From: Octopus vulgaris
Lineage: Eukaryota
DNA: 64,000 nt
Direction of reading: 5' to 3'
NCBI GenBank assembly: GCA_951406725.2
Contig: OX597839.1
Span: 5,394,001 to 5,458,000 of the forward strand
The notes under the pieces were generated by a model, which did not search any database, was not told the origin of the DNA, and saw nothing but the letters and a program-made list of their open reading frames with translations. The translations under genes and the position numbers were made by a program. This document shows, piece after piece, positions 56,918-64,000 of this stretch. Position 1 is the stretch's first letter. Each line of letters starts with the position of its first letter.

Positions 56918-57285
56918 CTAGCACTACGACCAGGCAACGCCGGGTCGTAGTGCTAGTGCATGCATATACAGCTGCGTGCGTACGTACATACACGCGAGTA
57001 TTGTCCAAATCTCCGACCAATCACATGCAGCTAGATTACATTCAATTGGCGCGTCAAGTTTCGGGCATTTTGATTGGGTTTTGGATAGAAAATTCACAAA
57101 AATTTCACTTCTATTGATTTTTTAATGGCTTTGCGGCGTGACTGGGGAAATGTAAAGATATGCACGACCATCCTTGGACGGTCTTAAATGACCATAGAAA
57201 GTGCGAGCCCTCTAACGGAAAAATTGTGGATTTGTATAAAGGACACACACACAGACAGACATTTTGCCGTTTATATTGAGAGAGA
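56918..57285 (-). mobile_element. Non-autonomous Helitron, second family
   Basis: Minus strand A|TCTCTCTCAATATAAAC ... CCCGGCGTTGCCTGG...GTGCTAG|T. Confidence 0.8.
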
Positions 57286-57725
57286 TAAGAACACCTTTCA
57301 TTACTAGAGATATTGAAGCTACCACTTGGTTATACTCTCCATACGTATAAAAGCTAACAAACCTTGCAGCCTATGCAGAAGGAAACAGGTGTGTTTGTGT
57401 TTAGAGGAGGGGCAGGTTTACAAGTGTAGGGTGGGAGAATGTAACACCCCGAAATAACGGAATATCTGTAGCTGGGTTTTCCTCCATAGTAGGCCTGTTT
57501 GATAGGTTTCACCTGTAGCTAGACAATAGCAACAAGAGTAAGGACAAAGAAACACTGGATAAGGCTTTTGTTGCTGTTTTACATATTTTTTAGTTTTCTT
57601 AAGCGGCGACCTGGCAGAAATCTTAAAAGCTGGACACAGTCCTGGGTCGCATTGCGCTCGTCTTTGCGTTCTGAGCTCTGGTATACTCTGCCTTTCATCC
57701 TTTCGTGGTCTATAAGATAAGTACC

Positions 57726-57947
57726 TATTTCTTTACTACTCACAAGGGGCTAAACACAGAGAGGACAAACAAACGAATTAAGTCGATTACATCGACCCCA
57801 GTGCGTAACTGGTATTTATTTAATCGACCCCGAAAGGATGAAAGGCAAAGTCGACCTCGGCGGAATTTGAACTCAGAACATAGCGGCAGACAAAATACGG
57901 CTACGCATTTCGCCCGGCGTGCTAACGTTTCTGCCAGCTCGCTGCCT
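57726..57947 (-). mobile_element. SINE family B inserted antisense into an older B-like copy (about 57600-58035)
   Basis: 15-bp TSD TATAAGATAAGTACC at 57711-57725 and 57948-57962. Confidence 0.88.
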
Positions 57948-58172
57948 TATAAGATAAGTACCAGTTAGGTACTGGGGTCGATATAATCAACTTATCCCAC
58001 CTCCCAAATTGGTGGCTTTGTGACAAAATTTGAAAAGATATATGGTGGTGAGTTGGCAGAATCGTTAGCACGCTGGGCAAAATGCTTAGCAGTATTTTTT
58101 CAGGTGTTCAGTGGCATTTTGTCTTTACGTTCTGAGTTCAAATTCCATGATTTTGTCAAGCGATGCTGAAGG

Positions 58173-58790
58173 ACAAACACAAACACACAAATATATACAA
58201 ATATACACGACGGGCTTCTTTCAGTTTCCCTCTACGAAATCCGTCAACCTGTGGTTGTGACACAATTAGCTTGCGTAAGGGGTTACGCCGTAGGACTGAC
58301 CCCGAAATCACGTGGCTGCAATGCTACCTCTATGCCCAAAGAACCACATATAAAATACCTGTAAATACATACATACATACATATCTATATACGTATATAT
58401 ATGATTATGTATATACATACATATATACACACACGCACATACATTTATGTATGTATGTTTGTGTGTGTGTGTATACAAACATATATATGTATATATGTGT
58501 ATATACACAGACAAACACACAAATATATACAAATATACACGACGGGCTTCTTTCAGTTTCCTTCTACGAAATCCGTCAACCTGTGGTTATAACACAATTA
58601 CCTTGCCCGAAGAGCCACATATAAAATACCTGTAAATACATAAATACATACATATCTATAGACGTATATACATGATTATTTATATGCATACATATATACA
58701 CATACGCACATACATTTATGTATGTATATATATGTGTGTGTGTGTATAAAAACATATATATGTATATATGTGTATATACATATATAAGAA
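58173..58790. repeat. ~340-bp tandem duplication containing a SINE A-like fragment
   Basis: GACAAACACA...GACGGGCTTCTTTCAGTTTCC...CCACATATAAAATACCTGTAAATACAT occurs twice. Confidence 0.8.
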
Positions 58791-59093
58791 TATAATGATA
58801 TTCTTGGCTGAAATACAGTAATGTATCTACATTAGATTTCCATCTGGCACCGTAGGAAGCGGAATAATAAAAGTCGAAGCCATGTCAGTAATATAGGCCA
58901 CGCTGTAACATAGTTTCACAGGTCGATACCCGTAGAGCAATCAATAATGGAATGTAGAGTGATCTGTGTTTTGTATTTTGTTCTGTTTTGTTTTTGTTCT
59001 TTATTTCAGTTTGTCGGTGATAATGTTAAAGAGAGAACAAAAATCTCTTTAGCGACTCTGTCTTTCTTGTGCTTCTCTCTATTTCTCTCTCCC

Positions 59094-59124
<31 letters not shown>

Positions 59125-59252
59125 AGTCTCACTTTCCATATTTTCTTCTGCATATGCATATATATATATATATATATGCATAAATATATATGTATATATA
59201 TATATGTATGCATGCATGCATGCACAGATATATACATACTTATATATGTATA

Positions 59253-59629
59253 CTCTTTTACTCTTTTACTTGTTTCAGTCATTTGACTGCGGCCATGCTG
59301 GAGCACCGCCTTTAATCGAGCAACTCGACCCCGGACTTGTTCTTTTGTAAGCCCAGTACTTATTCTATCGGTCTCTTTTGCCGAACCGCTAAGTAACGGG
59401 GACATAAACACACCAGCATCGGTTGTGAAGGAATGCTAGGGGGACAAACACACACACACATATATACGACAGGCTTCTTTCACTTTCCGTCTACCAAATC
59501 CACTCACAAGGCTTTGGTCAGCCCGAGGCTATAGTAGAAGACACATGCCCAAGGTGCCACGCAATGGGTCCGAACACGGAACCATGTGGTTGGTAAACAA
59601 GCTACTTACCACACAACCACTCCTGCGCC
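59253..59629 (-). mobile_element. SINE family A
   Basis: Full-length consensus match. Confidence 0.87.
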
Positions 59630-59633
59630 CATG

Positions 59634-59695
<62 letters not shown>

Positions 59696-59789
59696 AAACG
59701 GTGGTGCATCAGCATGGCCGCAGCTCTGAGTTGAAACTACAGCAAAACAACAATATATATATACATATACAGAAGGAAATGTAGAGACT

Positions 59790-59846
<57 letters not shown>

Positions 59847-59914
59847 GAGGGGGAGAGAGAAATAAAGAGAGACACAAGAAAGATAGAGTCACTAAAGTCA
59901 CACACTTTAGATAC

Positions 59915-60125
59915 GTAACCGCACGTTGACTGTTGGCGAATATCCCTCCTTCTTCCTTCTTTCTCTTTGAACGTCCCTGTTGTTTCCGACGAAGAGCTAT
60001 GCTCGAAACGTAAAACAACAACTCACTTCTTTCACCGAGCGTCGTATTAATACATTGCTTGTGCTACGTACTCACGTTTATTTGTCTTTTATTATTTTGT
60101 ATTTCTTTTCTCTGTTTTTTTTTTT
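59915..60125 (+). mobile_element. Diverged member of the hammerhead-bearing mini-element family
   Basis: Shares ACCGC...GTTGGCGA and GAGCGTC...TAATAC blocks with 52784-53002. Confidence 0.65.
59978..60020 (+). ncRNA. Variant minimal type I hammerhead ribozyme motif, best-formed copy
   Basis: TGTTGTTT-CCGACGA-A-GAGC(TAT)GCTC-GAAA-CG-TA-AAACAACA, 8-bp stem I; predicted cut after A60012. Confidence 0.68.
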
Positions 60126-60850
60126 AAATTGACAATATACATACGTATACATGCATACATACACATATGTATATACATGCACACACAGACACACGCACAC
60201 TCACACATACATACACACGCACGCACACACAAATGATGTCTGTGTCTATGTTTGCATATATGTATATAGAAATACACATACATTCATTCAAAATTTGACA
60301 GCCTGTGTCGGTTTGTTTACGTTCACGTAAATTAACGGTTCGGTTATAGAGAACGAGATGTGAAAGCAGCGACAAATACTGAAATCGGCTTGTTTGACTC
60401 AAACCCTTCCAGATGCTGCCCCAGCATGGCTAAAGTCGAATGACAGCAACACATACATAAATAATTAAATAAATAAATAAATAAGACGTGAGGTATCATT
60501 TGTTCGTAAATATTTGATGTGCCTTCAATTAGTGTAATTAATTCACTGCTTAAACAGATTGAAGAGCGTAAAACTGAAAAGTAAAATCAGCCAAAGATTT
60601 CCTGTCGTCATAAGACCTGTAATTCATCATCAGATTGCAAGCACCACACATCATCATGATCAACATCGTCGTCGTCGTCGTCTTCATAATCGTTGTCGTC
60701 GTTATCATGATCATCATCATCATAATCACCAACATGATGATCAATTTCTTGATCATGATTATCGTCATCATCAGTATCATCAATATCATCATCGTCATTA
60801 GCATCAGCAGCAGCGGCACTGGAGGCGCAATGGCCCAGTGGTTAGCTTTT

Positions 60851-60908
<58 letters not shown>

Positions 60909-60916
60909 CTGCAAAT

Positions 60917-61313
60917 GGAGGCGCAATGGCCCAATCGTTGGGGCAGCGGACTCGCGGTCGGAGGATCGCGGTTTTGATTCCCAGACTAGGCATTGTGTGT
61001 GTTTATTGAGCGAAAACACCTAAAGCTCCACGAGGCTCCGGCAGGGAGTGGTGGCGACCCCTGTTGTACTCTTTCGCTCCAACTTTCTCTCACTCTTTCT
61101 TCCTGTTTCTTGTCTCTCGACGACTTCCTACGCAACCGCTGAGCCTGGATGCGCATTCATCCATCCGTCGATGCTCTCGGTGTCGGGGGGTTGACCTGCT
61201 TTCTCTTCTGCGGGTCTTACGAATAGCAAAGGACCACGTTTCGGACTTCTCCCAATCGCGATCTTGCGAGCTCTGGAACGAAGACCGCTTCGCACAACAA
61301 ACAAACAAACAAA
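60917..61313 (+). mobile_element. SINE family C, tail type 1
   Basis: Full head and tail ending in (CAAA)n; an isolated extra 25-bp head at 60821-60845. Confidence 0.87.
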
Positions 61314-61539
61314 CAGCAGCGGAAACATCATCAAGAACATTAAACATCCATTTTCCACGTTGGTATGGACTGGACAGGTAACGGCAAGTCCAGCGACCGC
61401 ATCAGGTTCCATGGTCGGTTTTGGCCTAGTTTCTACGGTTGGATGCCCTTCCTAGAGACAACCACATCTTACTGAGTGCCTATTATGTGCTAACATCACC
61501 AGTGATTTTTACGTTCCACCAGCACCCACACCAATGGTT

Positions 61540-61725
61540 TTTACGTGACACATTGGATCTCAGTTCCCAATTCTGTTTTGGTTAACGGGCCTTCTTGAAT
61601 ACAGCAGCGTGCCATATATTTCGGCCCTCTGTGACCTTCGTGAGGCTTAGTGTTTTCAAATTGGGATTTCAGTATTTCGTCCCATGTCTTCCTAGGTTTG
61701 CCACTTCCACAACTACCTTCCACCT
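61540..61725 (-). mobile_element. RTE-clade LINE 3' fragment
   Basis: VEGSCGSGKPRKTWDEILK matches the G.R.RGRP...W motif at RTE ORF ends. Confidence 0.6.
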
Positions 61726-61946
61726 GGGAAGGCTTCGTCTTTTAGTTTAATTTTTACTTGTTTCCGTCTCTTCACTGCAGTTTCTTCTATAACTGTTGAT
61801 ACAGATGTTATTATTGTGTTCCCACTGTTGAATAGTATTGTTGCAGCTTCTGTCGTTGTTACAATTTTATGATGTATTCTGGTATTTACATAATGTTAAT
61901 ATATGTTTATGGAGCAGGAGTGGCTGTGTGGCAAGAAGCCTGCTTC

Positions 61947-62548
61947 TAAGGCGGCGAGCTGGCAGAAACGTTAGCACGCCGGGCAAAATGCGTAGCCGTA
62001 TTTCGATGCCGTTACGTTCTGAGTTCAAATTCCGCCGAGGTCGACTTTGCCTTTCATCCTTTCGGGGTCGATAAATTAAGTACCAGTTACGTACTAGGAT
62101 CGATGTAATCGACTTAATCCCTTTGTCTGTCCTTGTTTGTCCCCTCTATGTTTAGCCCCTTGTGGGTAGTAAAGAAATAGGTATTTCGTCTGCCGTTACG
62201 TTCTGAGTTCAAATTCCGCCAAGGTCAACTTTGCCTTTCATCCTTTCGAGGTCGATAAATTAAGTACCAGTTACGCACTAGGGTCGATGTAATCGACTTA
62301 ATCTCTTTGGCTGTCCTTGTTTGTCCTCTCTTTGTTTAGCCCCTTGTGGGTAATAAAGAAATAGGTATTTCGTCTGCCGTTACGTTCTGAGTTCAAATTC
62401 GTCGAGGTCGACTTTGCCTTTCATCCTTTCGAGGTCGATAAATTAAGTACCAGTTACGCACTAGGGTCGATGTAATTGACTTAATCCCTTTGGCTGTCCT
62501 TGTTTGTCCCCTCTATGTTTGGCCCCTTGTGGGCAATAAAAAAAAATT
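61947..62548 (+). mobile_element. SINE family B head plus tandem trimer, inserted into a SINE A head
   Basis: 14-bp TSD AAGAAGCCTGCTTC at 61933-61946 and 62549-62562; three ~180-bp body units. Confidence 0.9.
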
Positions 62549-63032
62549 AAGAAGCCTGCTTCCCACCCACATGATGTATCACTTGTTAGTAAATATTTGA
62601 TGTGCCTTCAATTAATGTAATTAATTCATTGCTTAAACGGATTAGGGTAGGAGAGGTTTGGTGTCAAGAAGACCCAAATGTATGAGGTAATGCTGCGTAA
62701 GTGCTATGGACAGACTTGGGAAAGTATCTTCCACTATAGCCTTGTGAGTGAATTTGGTAGATGGAAACTGAAAGAAGCCCGTCATATATATATATATATG
62801 TGTGTGTATATATGTGTGTGTGTGTGCGTCTGTGCGTGTGTGTATGTGTGTGTGCATCCATTTGTGTGTCTCTGTTTTCCCCACCATCACTGGTAGAGGA
62901 AGATAGGGTGAAAAATAGAGCGAAATGAAAGGAATTTAGAGAGAGTAATAGATATCTGGTAGTCTTAAAGTCTAAAGGAAACTTAGTAGTAACTGCATGT
63001 TTCCGTTCTAGCTAAGGTCACTGGCTCTACAG

Positions 63033-63082
<50 letters not shown>

Positions 63083-63090
63083 TTATATAT

Positions 63091-63295
63091 AGTTAATCCA
63101 TACAAGAAAGCAAAAAAACACACAACAACGTGAGGACGTGGAACAATATAGTATTATTGGACGCTCAGGAAAGAAGGGAAGAAGGAGGGTTTAACGTTTC
63201 GAGCGGAGCTCTTAGTCGGAAACATAGGAGAAGGAAAGATCTAGAGAAGGGAAGACAGAAGAAAAAAAATCGCCAACGGTACACACGCGGTCACA
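63091..63295 (-). mobile_element. TA-embedded mini-element with a mutated hammerhead-like motif
   Basis: Copy of 52784-53002; motif at 63189-63223 has core CCGACTA (G8 changed to T). Confidence 0.8.
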
Positions 63296-63321
63296 ACATA
63301 TATATACATGTATATACATAC

Positions 63322-63352
<31 letters not shown>

Positions 63353-63362
63353 CATATATATG

Positions 63363-63410
<48 letters not shown>

Positions 63411-63718
63411 AGTGTGTGTGTATGTGTATATTTAGGCATATATGAACATGGTGGTGTATGTGTGTGTCTGTTGTCTGTATATGTATATAAGAAAGGAAAA
63501 AAGATGAGTTGAGAAATAGTAGCATTCAGAACGAATATACACACACACAGACGCACCACATATTTAAATACATAAATCCATATGTGTGTGTCTATATAAA
63601 ATTAGATACATAATTGTACACACACACACATACACACACACGTGCACACACACAAATATATTATATGTCTGTTTATATAATTTTTACGCGTATGCATACA
63701 CATACACATAACACGCAG

Positions 63719-63757
<39 letters not shown>

Positions 63758-64000
63758 ACACATATATATATACATACAAACAGCAAAGGTTCAGATATTT
63801 TTCAGATAGTTTTCGATAAGGACCTGTCAATTGCATATGCTTTTTGATTTGATCAGCTCAACACCGAAGCGCAAGCATATTCTATGCAAACATACCTTCA
63901 GACAGACTGACATAACGCACGTACACGCACGCACACAGCTATACATACAAACACACAACTATATTTTTGTGTATATGCATATATATATATATATATATAT

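Overview
AT-rich animal genomic DNA saturated with microsatellites and transposons. The repeat repertoire (tRNA-derived SINEs, CR1, R4/Dong, RTE and L1/Tx1 fragments, Helitrons, huge (TA)n/(GATA)n/(TAA)n tracts) suggests an Octopus genome; this is an inference. I found no convincing host protein-coding exon, and nearly all ORFs in the track are microsatellite or SINE read-through artefacts. Main features are three SINE families (here A, B, C), 5'-truncated LINE remnants, three complete non-autonomous Helitrons plus one 3' end, a Merlin-like MITE, and a 164-nt U1 snRNA copy in TAA repeats. The most interesting signals are: (1) ~200-bp elements, four of five embedded in (TA)n, carrying a variant minimal hammerhead-ribozyme fold with covarying stems (Penelope/retrozyme-like); (2) a promoterless full-length U1 copy in a TAA tract next to R4/Dong remnants; (3) a Helitron flanked by a perfect 101-bp direct duplication; (4) recurrent fold-back inverted duplications centred on (TA)n; (5) head-to-tail SINE multimers with a fixed junction; (6) one SINE head carrying three different tails.
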